From Patescibacteria group bacterium (GTDB taxonomy: Bacteria; Patescibacteriota; Minisyncoccia; Phycocordibacterales; UBA12079): DNA of 64,000 nt. Shown here in pieces: positions 1 to 9,999 of this stretch; positions within the stretch are counted from its first letter, which is position 1, and each line of letters begins with the position of its first letter. The position numbers and the translations under genes are program-made. The stretch spans positions 1,627 through 65,626 of the forward strand of contig JAZDMO010000007.1 of assembly GCA_043800905.1 (NCBI GenBank). The letters are read 5' to 3'. The notes beneath the pieces were generated by a model. It had not been told where the DNA came from, ran no database searches, and saw only the letters and a list, made by a program, of their open reading frames with translations.

Positions 1-8
1 CGTCTAAA

Positions 9-986
9 ATGCCAGAAGGTAACAATGATGAAGATAATATTACTATAAGAAGTTGGGGAGATATTCCAAAATTTAGTTTTGAAACAAAAACGCATGATAT
101 TTTAGGAAAAGAATTGGATATATTAGATACTGATAAAGCCACGGAGGTTTCTGGATCACGCTTTTATTATTTGAAAGGTGATTTGGTTTTGTTGCAATTC
201 GCTTTAACAATGTTTGCTTTTGAAACATTAACCAATGAAAAAATAATAAAGAAAATTATAAAACAAAAAGGGTTAAATCTTTCTTCAAAACCGTTTGTAC
301 CTATGTTGCCACCTGTTATGATTAAAAATACAGTTCAAAATGCTATACATCGAGTTTTCGGTGATCAAACTTATAAAATTGGAAATGATGAAGGTTTGAA
401 TTTGGTTGCTTCTGCAGAACACACTATGGCTCCTTATCATATGAACGAAGTTTTAGACGAAAAGGATTTACCAAAACGATATATTGGTTACTCAACCGCT
501 TTTAGAAAAGAAGCAGGGACATATGGTAAAGACATGCAAGGATTTTTTAGAAACCATCAGTTTGATAAATCAGAAATGGAAAGTTTTACTACTGCTGAGA
601 CTGGAGAAGATGAACAAGAGATGATTGTTGGATTACAAGAATATATGATGCAACAATTGAAAATTCCTTATCGTGTGCAACAAATTTGTACTGGAGATAC
701 TGGAAAACCAGACTACCAACAATATGATATTGAATGCTGGATGCCTGGTCAAGGAAAATATCGCGAAACTCACACATCAGACTACATGACCGATTTTCAA
801 ACACGCGGTATTAAATCTTTTTATAGAACAAAAGATGGAGAGAAAAAATTATTACATACCAATGATGCTACCGCTTTTGCTGGCCGCCCAATGATCGCGA
901 TAATGGAAAATTATCAGCAAAAAGATGGAACAATTAAAATACCTGATGTATTACAAAAATATATTGGAAAAAAAATAATAAAATAA
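9..986 (+). CDS. serS: Seryl-tRNA synthetase, C-terminal catalytic part (5' end outside window)
   Basis: Class II aaRS motifs: GSRFYYLKGD, SAEH, AFRKEAGTYGKD...HQFDK, YDIECWMPGQGKYRETH, ENYQQKDGTIKIPDVLQKY. Confidence 0.96.
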   Translation: MPEGNNDEDNITIRSWGDIPKFSFETKTHDILGKELDILDTDKATEVSGSRFYYLKGDLVLLQFALTMFAFETLTNEKIIKKIIKQKGLNLSSKPFVPMLPPVMIKNTVQNAIHRVFGDQTYKIGNDEGLNLVASAEHTMAPYHMNEVLDEKDLPKRYIGYSTAFRKEAGTYGKDMQGFFRNHQFDKSEMESFTTAETGEDEQEMIVGLQEYMMQQLKIPYRVQQICTGDTGKPDYQQYDIECWMPGQGKYRETHTSDYMTDFQTRGIKSFYRTKDGEKKLLHTNDATAFAGRPMIAIMENYQQKDGTIKIPDVLQKYIGKKIIK

Positions 987-1004
987 AATAAAATTAAAAT
1001 TAAT

Positions 1005-1169
1005 TTATTTAATTTCCACAACTTTTTTAGTTATTATAATCTTAGATTTAAAACATCCCATCAACTCTCTTTTTTCTTCGTTAGTTCCATCTTTTAAAAT
1101 ATATTTAGCATAGGTTTTTAAATCTATGTCTTTGTGTTTTGTGTTTTTATCTTGAACACCCAAAACCCT
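1005..1169 (-). pseudogene. Orphan C-terminal fragment resembling the tail of large serine recombinases
   Basis: Not in the ORF track; the reverse strand reads RVLGVQDKNTKHKDIDLKTYAKYILKDGTNEEKRELMGCFKSKIIITKKVVEIK* with an in-frame TAG just upstream; resemblance to recombinase C-termini is from memory. Confidence 0.5.
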
Positions 1170-1224
1170 CTATTTCTTCTTTTGTACAATATTTTTTATC
1201 TAAGACGATGGTGAAAATATAAAA

Positions 1225-1536
1225 TTGTTTGAAATGGATAATGACGGAAAAAAATTTGTAAAAATAAGGAAGTGTAATTTTGATGTCGAAATTTCAGTTG
1301 ATGCGATTAAAAAAATAGATAAGTATGATACCTTTTGTTTATTTTCAGGAGACGCTGATTTTGTTTATTTGAATAACTTTTTAAGAAAAAGGGGCAAAAA
1401 GGTTATTTTAATAAAAGGGGGTTATATTACAAGTAAATTACGGAAATCGACTGATTTAATTATAAACGCACAGAAAATCAAAAAACATATCGCTAGAATA
1501 GAACAAAGACCTGACAAGTCAGGTCTTTGTGGATAG
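1225..1536 (+). pseudogene. NYN (LabA/DUF88, PIN-like) domain protein, N-terminally truncated
   Basis: KCNFDVEISVDA and LFSGDADF...KKVILI...SKLRKSTD motifs are present; the N-terminal IDxxN motif is missing. Confidence 0.75.
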
Positions 1537-1678
1537 TTTTGCCGAATGACCTCGGCTAAGGTGTACTAATATACTATACCGAGAGGTCGCTAAAGTCAAC
1601 AAAAATCTTGGGGATAAATATATAGAATTTCAGGATATATGGTTTGAAAATAAAGATTAAAAGTTATATAAATAGCTT

Positions 1679-2770
1679 ATGAAAATAGAATTAAATAAGA
1701 TTAAAATAAGGGAAGTAATTGAGGGCTATAAGGATAGTGCTGAGGAGGGTGTTGTGGCTTACAAAGGAAAACTTGATATTCGTCCTAAATATCAAAGAGA
1801 ATTTGTTTATTCAGGAAAACAGAGAGATGCAGTGCTTGAAACTATCAAGCAAGGTTTCCCTTTGAATGTGATGTATTGGATGATACGCGATGACGGAGGT
1901 TTTGAATTATTGGACGGGCAACAAAGAACAATTAGTATTGGGCAATATGTGGCTGGAGATTTTTCTTTAGGTGATAGGTTTTTTCATAATTTAACAAAAG
2001 AAGAACAAGAGCAAGTTTTAGATTATGAATTGATGATTTATTTTTGTGAAGGAACAGACAAAGAGAGATTAGATTGGTTTAAAACAATTAATATTGCAGG
2101 AGAGAAATTAACTGATCAAGAATTGAGAAATGCAGTTTACACAGGATCATGGCTTTCCGATGCTAAATTGAAATTTAGTAAAACTCATTGCGCCGCATAT
2201 CTTTTGGCGAATGACGGAGGAGCTCTTTTGAAAGGTTCTCCAATCAGACAAGAATATCTTGAGACAGCTCTTGCTTGGATAAATAACGGGGAAGTAGCTG
2301 ATTATATGGCAAAACATCAACATAATAAAAATGCTGACGAATTGTGGAATTATTTTCAAGATGTGATTACTTGGGTGCGAAAAACTTTTGTAAATTATCG
2401 AAAAGAAATGACTGGTGTGAATTGGGGAGAACTATATAATTCATTCAAAGATAAAAAACTTAATGCGATAAAATTAGAAACAGAGATTGCTGAATTGATG
2501 CAAGACGAAGATGTCACCAAAAAGTCAGGGATTTATCCTTATGTTTTAACAAGACAAGAAAAATATCTTTCAATCCGAGCTTTTGATGATAAAACGAAAA
2601 GAGAAACTTATGAAAAACAAAAAGGAATTTGTGTGAAGTGTGGAGAGAAATTTGTGATAGATGAGATGGAGGCGGACCACATTACTCCTTGGTATGAGGG
2701 CGGAAAAACAATCACAGAAAATTGTCAGATGTTGTGTAAAGATTGCAATAGGAGAAAATCAGGAAAATAA
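1679..2770 (+). CDS. DUF262 (GmrSD/ParB-like) domain plus C-terminal HNH endonuclease
   Basis: IRPKYQREFVY, LLDGQQRT, WFKTINIAGEKLTDQELRNA (DUF262); CVKC...EADHITPW..GGKT..NCQMLCKDCNRRKS (HNH). Confidence 0.88.
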   Translation: MKIELNKIKIREVIEGYKDSAEEGVVAYKGKLDIRPKYQREFVYSGKQRDAVLETIKQGFPLNVMYWMIRDDGGFELLDGQQRTISIGQYVAGDFSLGDRFFHNLTKEEQEQVLDYELMIYFCEGTDKERLDWFKTINIAGEKLTDQELRNAVYTGSWLSDAKLKFSKTHCAAYLLANDGGALLKGSPIRQEYLETALAWINNGEVADYMAKHQHNKNADELWNYFQDVITWVRKTFVNYRKEMTGVNWGELYNSFKDKKLNAIKLETEIAELMQDEDVTKKSGIYPYVLTRQEKYLSIRAFDDKTKRETYEKQKGICVKCGEKFVIDEMEADHITPWYEGGKTITENCQMLCKDCNRRKSGK

Positions 2771-2825
2771 TTTGATAAAATCCAACTATATTAAAAAAAC
2801 AGGGATTTAATAAAAAACCAAAATC

Positions 2826-3665
2826 ATGAAATTTAAATTATTTGATAGGGAGAGGGATAAAAAAGTTTTAAAGGCGGTTATTATTGCCGTTGTTGTGATA
2901 GGTTGTTCTATCACAATTAAAGATGAATTGGTTTGGCAATTTGGAGGAGAAAGTGATTACTATGATGATTATTCTTATACAGAAAATTATTTGGGTGAAT
3001 GTAATGTGGCTAAAATAGATATTAAGGGTTTCCTTGATGTTGAAGCTTATGAAGAAGGAGCTATTTCTTCTAGTGAAATTGTTGGGGCCATTGAAGATAT
3101 TCAAAATAATCCTGATCTTAAGGCCATTATTTTAGACATTGATTCTACTGGTGGAGTTCCTGTGGCTGGTGAAGAAATATCTAATGCTCTTAGCCGTATA
3201 GATAAGCCCACAGTGGCTTTGATTAGAGGTTTTGGTAATTCTTCTGCTTATTGGGTAGCTGTTGGTACAGATAAAATTTTTGCTTCTGCTAATTCTGATG
3301 TGGGATCTATTGGAGTGACAATGTCTTATTTAGATAATGCACAACAAAATCAAATTACAGGTTTGAATTATAATTCAATCAGTTCGGGAAAGTTTAAAGA
3401 CACTGGAGATCCTAATAAAACTTTAACTTGGGAAGAAAAACAATACCTAATGCGAGATGTGAATATCATCAATGATAATTTTATAAAAGCCGTAGCGGAA
3501 AAAAGAAATTTAGAGATTGCAAAAGTTAAAAAACTAGCTGATGGCTCTTCGATGTTAGGACAAATGGCTTTGGAGAATGGTTTGATTGATGAAATTGGTG
3601 ATATGTATGCTGTGAAAAAATATCTTGAAGACCTTATCGGCGAAGAAGTGATTTTGTGTGATTAA
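2826..3665 (+). CDS. sppA: Signal peptide peptidase SppA (peptidase S49)
   Basis: N-terminal TM segment; IDSTGG, SSAYWVA, VGSIGV, SGKFKD, GLIDEIG. Confidence 0.9.
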   Translation: MKFKLFDRERDKKVLKAVIIAVVVIGCSITIKDELVWQFGGESDYYDDYSYTENYLGECNVAKIDIKGFLDVEAYEEGAISSSEIVGAIEDIQNNPDLKAIILDIDSTGGVPVAGEEISNALSRIDKPTVALIRGFGNSSAYWVAVGTDKIFASANSDVGSIGVTMSYLDNAQQNQITGLNYNSISSGKFKDTGDPNKTLTWEEKQYLMRDVNIINDNFIKAVAEKRNLEIAKVKKLADGSSMLGQMALENGLIDEIGDMYAVKKYLEDLIGEEVILCD

Positions 3666-3785
3666 ATGATATTTGGATATTTGGTTTTTTTAATTAGTAT
3701 ATTATTTTTTTTGAGTTTAATTTAGATGTCAAATTTACTAACATCTATGTTTGACTTTTTTACATCAAAAGATATACTATAAAAT

Positions 3786-4469
3786 ATGAGCAATAAATAT
3801 TCTATTCTCTTAAAAGATTTAAGACTTAAAAAAGGTTTAACTCAAAAGGAATTAGCTAAAAAATTAGGAATTTCTCGTCCTTCCTATATTGCTATCGAGC
3901 AAGGGAAGAGAGACATCACCCTGAATGAATTTGAAAAATTGTCAGGTGTTTTGAGTGTGTCTTTTGATGATTTTGAGAGAGGGGAATTGCCTGATTATGA
4001 AAAATATAAACAAATGATTTTAACCTTTTTGAGAATGAGTGATGGAATAACCAAAACTAAGTTAGCTAAGTTGGTGTATCTTTCTGATTTTGCTTGGTTT
4101 TATTTTAATTTAAAAAGCATGAGTGGAATGCCTTATAGGAAGATTCAATACGGTCCTGTTCCTGATGCTTACTTTAGAGCTATTGATGAATTAGAAAATA
4201 GTGGAAAAATTTTAATTAATTGTAAACAGAAAGATGATAAAGAAATGTTTATTATTTCTGAATCAGAGAGCAATAAAAACCAAAAGTTAGATTCCATTTT
4301 GAAAGATGAGGTTGATTTAATGAAAAATATTTTTAAAAAGTGGAAAAATAAAAAGACAGCAGAAATTGTTAATTTTACCCATAATCAATTGCCGTATTTA
4401 ATCGCAGAAGATGAAGAGATTATTTCTTATGGCCTTATAACTCAAGAAAATCCAGATGAAATCTATTAA
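3786..4469 (+). CDS. XRE HTH plus DUF4065 (Panacea/SocA) antitoxin
   Basis: N-terminal LRLKKGLTQKELAKKLGISR HTH; TKLAKLVYLSDF, YRKIQYGPVP, FTHNQLP Panacea motifs. Confidence 0.85.
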   Translation: MSNKYSILLKDLRLKKGLTQKELAKKLGISRPSYIAIEQGKRDITLNEFEKLSGVLSVSFDDFERGELPDYEKYKQMILTFLRMSDGITKTKLAKLVYLSDFAWFYFNLKSMSGMPYRKIQYGPVPDAYFRAIDELENSGKILINCKQKDDKEMFIISESESNKNQKLDSILKDEVDLMKNIFKKWKNKKTAEIVNFTHNQLPYLIAEDEEIISYGLITQENPDEIY

Positions 4470-4854
4470 ATATGAAGTTGTTTTTAAGCCTTTTGCTGAA
4501 AAACATTTTATAAAAAGTTTTGCGAAAAAATATAAGAATACTTGGGATTTTACTTTTGAGATCATTATAGAAGAATTTAAAAGAATAGATGTTTTGTTTT
4601 TTAAAACTATTGCTGAAATAATTTCTGATCCAAATAAGAGCATCATTATTTGTAAGACTGAGTTTAAAATTGCAGGAACAAAAGATTCAAGACATCGTTC
4701 TGGAAACCGTTGTATTGTGGCTTTGCATAAAGAAATTAATGAAGTTCGGGTTTTACTTGTTTACCACAAGAAAGATTTAAAAGGGAATAATGAAACCGTA
4801 GCTTGGAAAAAAATAATTAAAGAAAATTATCCTGAATATAACGATTTAATTTAA
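4456..4854 (+). CDS. Putative RelE-like toxin, partner of the upstream Panacea antitoxin
   Basis: Basic 132-aa protein overlapping the antitoxin stop by 14 nt; KTEFKIAG...SGNRCIV..VLLVYHKKD resembles the RelE/HigB fold. Confidence 0.6.
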   Translation: MKSIKYEVVFKPFAEKHFIKSFAKKYKNTWDFTFEIIIEEFKRIDVLFFKTIAEIISDPNKSIIICKTEFKIAGTKDSRHRSGNRCIVALHKEINEVRVLLVYHKKDLKGNNETVAWKKIIKENYPEYNDLI

Positions 4855-4881
4855 ACATTTATTTTGTGTTAAAATCTATCT

Positions 4882-6456
4882 ATGCAAAAGGTTATAGATT
4901 TTATTCAAAAACATACTAACTTAAGTTTTTTTATTTTAGCGCTAGTTTTGGTTTTGGTGATGTATGGTAGTAGTCTAGCCGGCTCTTTTGTTTTTGATGA
5001 TAGGTCTATTATTAGTTATCAAAGTTTTTTTCAAAATCCCGCAAATTGGTGGGAAGTTTTAAAGATGCCCTATTGGGGTTATGAAGCGGGGCTTTATCGT
5101 CCGGTGACAATTTTTTCCTATGGGCTAAATTTTGCTATTTTTGGTTCTGGAGCTTGGAGTTTTCATCTTATCAATATTCTTTTGTATGTTTTTTCGGGTT
5201 ATCTTTTATTTTTGTTTCTCAAAAAAGTTTTATGGGGAAAATATCGCAGGCAGATTGCTTGGGTGAGTGCACTTTTATTTTTGATTTTACCGATTCATAC
5301 CGAAGTGGTGGCAAATATTGTAGGGCGAGCGGAAATTTTTGCCTTAATGTTTTCTTTATTAGGTCTTCTTGAGCTGATTAAAAAAAATCCAAACAAATGG
5401 ATAACCGCTTTATGGTTTTTCTTAGCTATGGGTAGTAAGGAAACGGCTATCGCGGTTTTGCCTATTGCGTTTTTAGTGTGGTTTTCTCGATCTAAGTTTT
5501 TAGAAAAAAAGAAAATTACTCTTCGAGATTTAGAGTTTTATTTTTTCCCAGCTTTTTTGTCGGCTTTTGTTTATTTAAGTTTCCGTTTTCTGATTTTAGG
5601 TTTTTATTTTTTTTCCAATAACGCGAGTCTCGTAGAAAATCCTTTAAAATTTGTTTCTGTTTCAGAAAGAATTTTTACAGCTTTGAAAATTTTATCTATG
5701 TATGTTTATAAAAGTTTAGTGCCCTTCAATCTTTGTTCTGATTATTCTTATAATCAGATTGTAGTTAGTTCTAGTTTTTGGGAAAGCGGAGTAATCGTCG
5801 GTTTTCTGATTTTAGTTTTTTCTTTTGTGGGAATTTTCTATTTTTTTAAAAAGAATTTTAATTTTACTTTGGCGTTGATATTCTTCTTCTTTCCTTTTTT
5901 TATAGTTTCTAATTTATGGAATGCTATCGGGACAATTGCAGGGGAGAGGCTTTTCTTTTATCCTTCAGTGGGTTTATGTATTTTCTTAGGAATATTTTTT
6001 GTTTGGTTGTGGAACTTAGCTAAAAGCGAAAATATCAAAAAAATTTTAATCACTCTATTTGTGTTATTGAGTTTTTTTTATACAATCCGCAGTTTTGACC
6101 GAGCCTTAGATTGGATGAGCGAAGAAAAACTTTTTATTTCTGCAAGTCAGTGTGCACCTCAAAGTGTATTATCTCTTTCTAATTTAGCCACGGTTTATTA
6201 TTTTAAAGGAGATTATGAACAAGCAGAAAAGATTATTTTAGATTCTTATGAAATTTATGATGGTTATACAAAAGCTAATAATAATCTTGGTTTAATTTAT
6301 TGGAGAGGGGGAGAAATAGAAAAAGCTAAAGAGCAATTTTTTAAAACTTTTGAGCACTTTCCGCCCTATGAAGGGGTTTATGAAAATTTAGTTTTATTTT
6401 ATTTATCTCAAAATAATGAAAAAGAAGCTATGAAGTGGTATAAAATAGGTTATTAG
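4882..6456 (+). CDS. TMTC-like (GT-C, DUF1736) membrane glycosyltransferase with C-terminal TPRs
   Basis: FVFDD, YRPVT, FHLINILL, PIHTEVVANIVGRAE, SKETAI, AGERLFFYPS; multiple TM helices; TPR-like NNLG repeats. Confidence 0.8.
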   Translation: MQKVIDFIQKHTNLSFFILALVLVLVMYGSSLAGSFVFDDRSIISYQSFFQNPANWWEVLKMPYWGYEAGLYRPVTIFSYGLNFAIFGSGAWSFHLINILLYVFSGYLLFLFLKKVLWGKYRRQIAWVSALLFLILPIHTEVVANIVGRAEIFALMFSLLGLLELIKKNPNKWITALWFFLAMGSKETAIAVLPIAFLVWFSRSKFLEKKKITLRDLEFYFFPAFLSAFVYLSFRFLILGFYFFSNNASLVENPLKFVSVSERIFTALKILSMYVYKSLVPFNLCSDYSYNQIVVSSSFWESGVIVGFLILVFSFVGIFYFFKKNFNFTLALIFFFFPFFIVSNLWNAIGTIAGERLFFYPSVGLCIFLGIFFVWLWNLAKSENIKKILITLFVLLSFFYTIRSFDRALDWMSEEKLFISASQCAPQSVLSLSNLATVYYFKGDYEQAEKIILDSYEIYDGYTKANNNLGLIYWRGGEIEKAKEQFFKTFEHFPPYEGVYENLVLFYLSQNNEKEAMKWYKIGY

Positions 6457-6496
6457 TTATCTAGTTGTTTAGGAAAAATTTACAAAGCAAATTTTT

Positions 6497-7057
6497 ATGT
6501 TTAAAAAAATTATTTATTTGTTGTTAATAATTGTAGGAATAGGTTTTTTAATATTGCTTTGGCAGTATTTTGATTTTTACAATTTCAAACCAGAACAAGA
6601 AATTCTTCTTTCAGAACAAAATGAAAAAAATAATTTAAATCCACAATTGAAAAAAACAATTGAAGATTATTTAGTGACTTTAGATGATTTAGCTTGGCAA
6701 ACAGAGGATGAAACTTCAAATATTTGTGTCTTCGAAAATTTAGATTCAGATAATGAATTATTCCCTTTATCTTTGTGGGTTTATTGTGTTGAATATCGGA
6801 TAGACGAAAGTGGAGAGATAGAAAAATTTAGTGGAGTTTCTTTACCTTTGTTACTGGATTATCCCAATGAACTTTCTTTTTATGATCTAGAAAAATTTAC
6901 TTTTAAGATTCCTCGTGATGGTGCTTTTTACGGCGCTGATATAAGGGAAATTTTTTCAGAAAATATTCAAGAAAAAATTCTTTCGCATAATTCGGTAGAA
7001 ATTTTGGAAACCAAATTGGATGAAAAGATAAAAGCGAAGAATATTTCTGAGGAGTAA
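6497..7057 (+). CDS. Hypothetical membrane-anchored protein
   Basis: 186-aa ORF with an N-terminal TM helix. Confidence 0.7.
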   Translation: MFKKIIYLLLIIVGIGFLILLWQYFDFYNFKPEQEILLSEQNEKNNLNPQLKKTIEDYLVTLDDLAWQTEDETSNICVFENLDSDNELFPLSLWVYCVEYRIDESGEIEKFSGVSLPLLLDYPNELSFYDLEKFTFKIPRDGAFYGADIREIFSENIQEKILSHNSVEILETKLDEKIKAKNISEE

Positions 7058-7140
7058 TCGACTTGTATTTTCTTTTAATTAAAGCTAATATTTTAATTCG
7101 GATAGTAATTTAAACTAACACTTTTTAGGGGGGTTCTACA

Positions 7141-7401
7141 ATGAATGGAACAACTTCTTTGGGGGTGGCAGAATTAAACAAAACAAGCTTTTCTGAAACC
7201 TTGTCGGTGGATCTTGGCGACAAGGTTCAGCTAATGGGATTAAAACAGGCGGTTCTTTTCCTCGTGGATGTTTTACGTCGAGAAGAACCTGTTTTAAAGA
7301 AAATGCCGAGCGATTGGCCGGTCCAAGAATTAGAAAGACTATGTTTATCTATATGTAAAAAAATAGACGGGACAAAGGTTCCTCCTGTCGTTAGAAGATA
7401 G
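7141..7401 (+). CDS. Hypothetical protein
   Basis: 86-aa ORF with a G-rich RBS-like run upstream and a terminator hairpin downstream. Confidence 0.5.
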   Translation: MNGTTSLGVAELNKTSFSETLSVDLGDKVQLMGLKQAVLFLVDVLRREEPVLKKMPSDWPVQELERLCLSICKKIDGTKVPPVVRR

Positions 7402-7413
7402 TGTTTTGTTTTT

Positions 7414-7444
7414 AAGGGGTGGTCTACGGATCACCCTTTTGTTT
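7414..7444. terminator. Bidirectional intrinsic terminator
   Basis: AAGGGGTGGTC-TACG-GATCACCCCTTTT hairpin between convergent genes. Confidence 0.75.
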
Positions 7445-7449
7445 TATTT

Positions 7450-8118
7450 TTAGTGAGCTACGGTGACACAAATAATTTGTTTTGGTTTATATTTTTTCAG
7501 TGTTCGCATAGCTTCTTTGAGAGTGGCTCCTGTGGTAATAACATCGTCTAATAAAATAATATTTTTATCTTTAATTAATTTAGGCATAATTACTTTAAAA
7601 CAATTTTTTAAATTAATTTCTCTTTCTTCTTTGGAATGAGTTCGAGATTGTGGGGTAGTGTGTTTGATTTTTTTTAAAATATTTTTTCTATATTCAAAAG
7701 ATAAACGCTTATCTAAATTGTTTAATTCTTGAGCAATTAATTCTGTTTGGTTATAGCCCCTTTCTTGAAGTTTTTTGTGAGAGATTGGAATTGGAATTAA
7801 AAGAGGATTATCAAAATTATGTGTTAATTTTAAATCGGCTAATTCTTCAATTAAATTATCATAAATTATTTTCGCAAAAATTTTTGCTATTTTCCGATTA
7901 TTTTTGAATTTTAAAGACCAAATACTTTGTCGTACTAATTCATTTTGATAACTCAAAAATGAAAAGGTATTTTTGAGTGGTGGTGGAGAATTTTTAATCG
8001 GTAAAGATAGTAGTGTTTCCGCAGTCATTTTTTCTATTTTTTTCTGGGTAGGGTTTAAGGGAAGTATGGCATTCAGGATAATTCCACAGATTTCTTTAAG
8101 AGACTTGTCAGTTTGCAT
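7450..8118 (-). CDS. comF: ComF family competence protein (PRTase fold)
   Basis: LIPIPIS..K...RGYNQTELIA, TPQS, IILLDDVITTGATL. Confidence 0.9.
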   Translation of the reverse strand: MQTDKSLKEICGIILNAILPLNPTQKKIEKMTAETLLSLPIKNSPPPLKNTFSFLSYQNELVRQSIWSLKFKNNRKIAKIFAKIIYDNLIEELADLKLTHNFDNPLLIPIPISHKKLQERGYNQTELIAQELNNLDKRLSFEYRKNILKKIKHTTPQSRTHSKEEREINLKNCFKVIMPKLIKDKNIILLDDVITTGATLKEAMRTLKKYKPKQIICVTVAH

Positions 8119-8144
8119 ATATTATATGATATAATAATTGAATA

Positions 8145-9320
8145 ATGTTGGAAAATTTTTTAAGTAAAATTACGTTGCCGTCTTTTTTGCAAAAGAAAAA
8201 TAAAAGTTTTCTGGGTATTGATATTGGAAGCTCGGCGATTAAAATTGTGCAATTAAAGAAAGAAAAGGGTACGGCTGTTTTAGAAACTTATGGTGAACTA
8301 GCTTTGGGACCCAAAGCTGGTTTAGAAGTGGGGAGAGCTACTAATCTATCAGATAAGGAAATCAGTGTCGCTTTGATGGATTTAATTCAAGAATCAAGAG
8401 TGAGTGTAACTGAAAGTGGGGCTTCTATTCCGGTGCGTTCTAGTTTAGTTTTTGATATGGAAATTCCTGATATGCCTTTTGAACAATTAAAAAAAATTGT
8501 TCCCATTGAAGCTCGTCGTTATATTCCAGTTCCTATTTCAGAAGTAATGTTGGATTGGAGAATTGTTCCTAAGGAAATAAAAGAAGAGGATGAAGAAGAT
8601 CCTGAAGACAAGAGATTGGCCGCTCAAAGACCTGCTGATAATTTTGTTGATACTGACCAACAAAAGATAATTGGAAAAACAAAAGTTTTTGTGGTGGCTA
8701 TTCATAAAAATGCTCTGGAAAAGTGTCAGGGAATTATAAAAAACGCTCAATTAAATTTAAATTTTTTAGAAATAGAAATTTTCAGTACCATTCGTTCTGC
8801 AGTAAACCATAATATTGGAACGGTGGCACTTTTAGATATAGGGGCGGGGGTAAGTAAAATGTATATTGTAGAATATGGGGTGATTAAAGATTCTCATATT
8901 ATTAATCGTGGCTCACAAGATATTTCTTTGGCGATTTCTCATGCTATTGGTGTGTCTGTAGATGAGGCTGAAGAAAAAAAGAGAAGTATTGGGCTTACAG
9001 GGCAAGACGGAGTGCAGAAGGAGGTTTCTGATATTATCTCGGCTAATCTTAAATACATTTTAACGGAAGCCAATAACGCCATTAAGCATTATCAAACAAT
9101 CAATAATAAGAATATTAGTGAATTGATTTTTACTGGGGGAGGTTCTGTTATAAAAGGTTTACCAGCTTTTGCTTCTTCTGTTTTAGAAATTAATTCTGAA
9201 ATCGCCAATCCTTTTAGTAAGGTTAAAACACCAGCTTTTTTGGATGACGTGCTAAAAGAAATTGGTCCGGAGTTTGCTGTGGCAGTAGGTTTGGCTTTAA
9301 GAGGTTTAGAAGATAATTAA
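8145..9320 (+). CDS. pilM: Type IV pilus assembly protein PilM
   Basis: LGIDIGSSAIKIVQL, EARRYIPVP, LLDIGAG, TGGGS, FAVAVGLALR. Confidence 0.93.
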   Translation: MLENFLSKITLPSFLQKKNKSFLGIDIGSSAIKIVQLKKEKGTAVLETYGELALGPKAGLEVGRATNLSDKEISVALMDLIQESRVSVTESGASIPVRSSLVFDMEIPDMPFEQLKKIVPIEARRYIPVPISEVMLDWRIVPKEIKEEDEEDPEDKRLAAQRPADNFVDTDQQKIIGKTKVFVVAIHKNALEKCQGIIKNAQLNLNFLEIEIFSTIRSAVNHNIGTVALLDIGAGVSKMYIVEYGVIKDSHIINRGSQDISLAISHAIGVSVDEAEEKKRSIGLTGQDGVQKEVSDIISANLKYILTEANNAIKHYQTINNKNISELIFTGGGSVIKGLPAFASSVLEINSEIANPFSKVKTPAFLDDVLKEIGPEFAVAVGLALRGLEDN

Positions 9321-9425
9321 TTAAAAAAAATAAAAGAGATCTTGAATTTTATTTTATTATCTTTTTATTTTTTCTTTGTCCACACTTTTATTGTGTTGGA
9401 TCTTTTTTTTGTTATATAATATTAA

Positions 9426-9998
9426 TTGATGGATACTTCTTTTATTCCAAAAAAAGATTTCACTCGTAAAGAAAATAGTAAGAATTATATTGGTTTTGCT
9501 ACCATAGTTTCTATTGTTATTTTTATTGTCGCATTATTTGCTGCGGGAGGGGTTTACTTTTATAAACAGTTTTTAATGGGAGAAATTGAAAATAAATCTA
9601 TTACTTTGACTCAAGAAAAAGGCGGTTTAGATTTAAATGTAATTCAAGAACTTTCTCGTTTCGATGAACGAATAGAATCTGCTACTAAATTATTAAATTC
9701 TCACGTTTCTTTGATTCCTCTTTTTGAATTTTTAGAAGAGAATACTTTAAAAGGGGTTCGTTACGAGCGTTTTACTTTTTCGGTAGAAAAAGGAGGCTTA
9801 GCTCTTGATTTAAAAGGTGAGGCAAGTAGCTACGCAACCGTAGCTTTACAGTCAGAAATTTTTGGAAGTAATAAAAATATTATTGATCCTATTTTTTCTG
9901 ATTTAGGAGTAAGCCCTTCTGGTAATATTACTTTTTCTTTTTCTTCTAAATTAGATCCACGATTAATTTCTTATCGAGATAATTTAACTACTGAATAA
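9426..9998 (+). CDS. pilN: PilN-like pilus assembly protein
   Basis: SFIPKK motif then a TM helix and coiled coil; position between pilM and pilO. Confidence 0.7.
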   Translation: MMDTSFIPKKDFTRKENSKNYIGFATIVSIVIFIVALFAAGGVYFYKQFLMGEIENKSITLTQEKGGLDLNVIQELSRFDERIESATKLLNSHVSLIPLFEFLEENTLKGVRYERFTFSVEKGGLALDLKGEASSYATVALQSEIFGSNKNIIDPIFSDLGVSPSGNITFSFSSKLDPRLISYRDNLTTE

Positions 9999-9999
9999 T

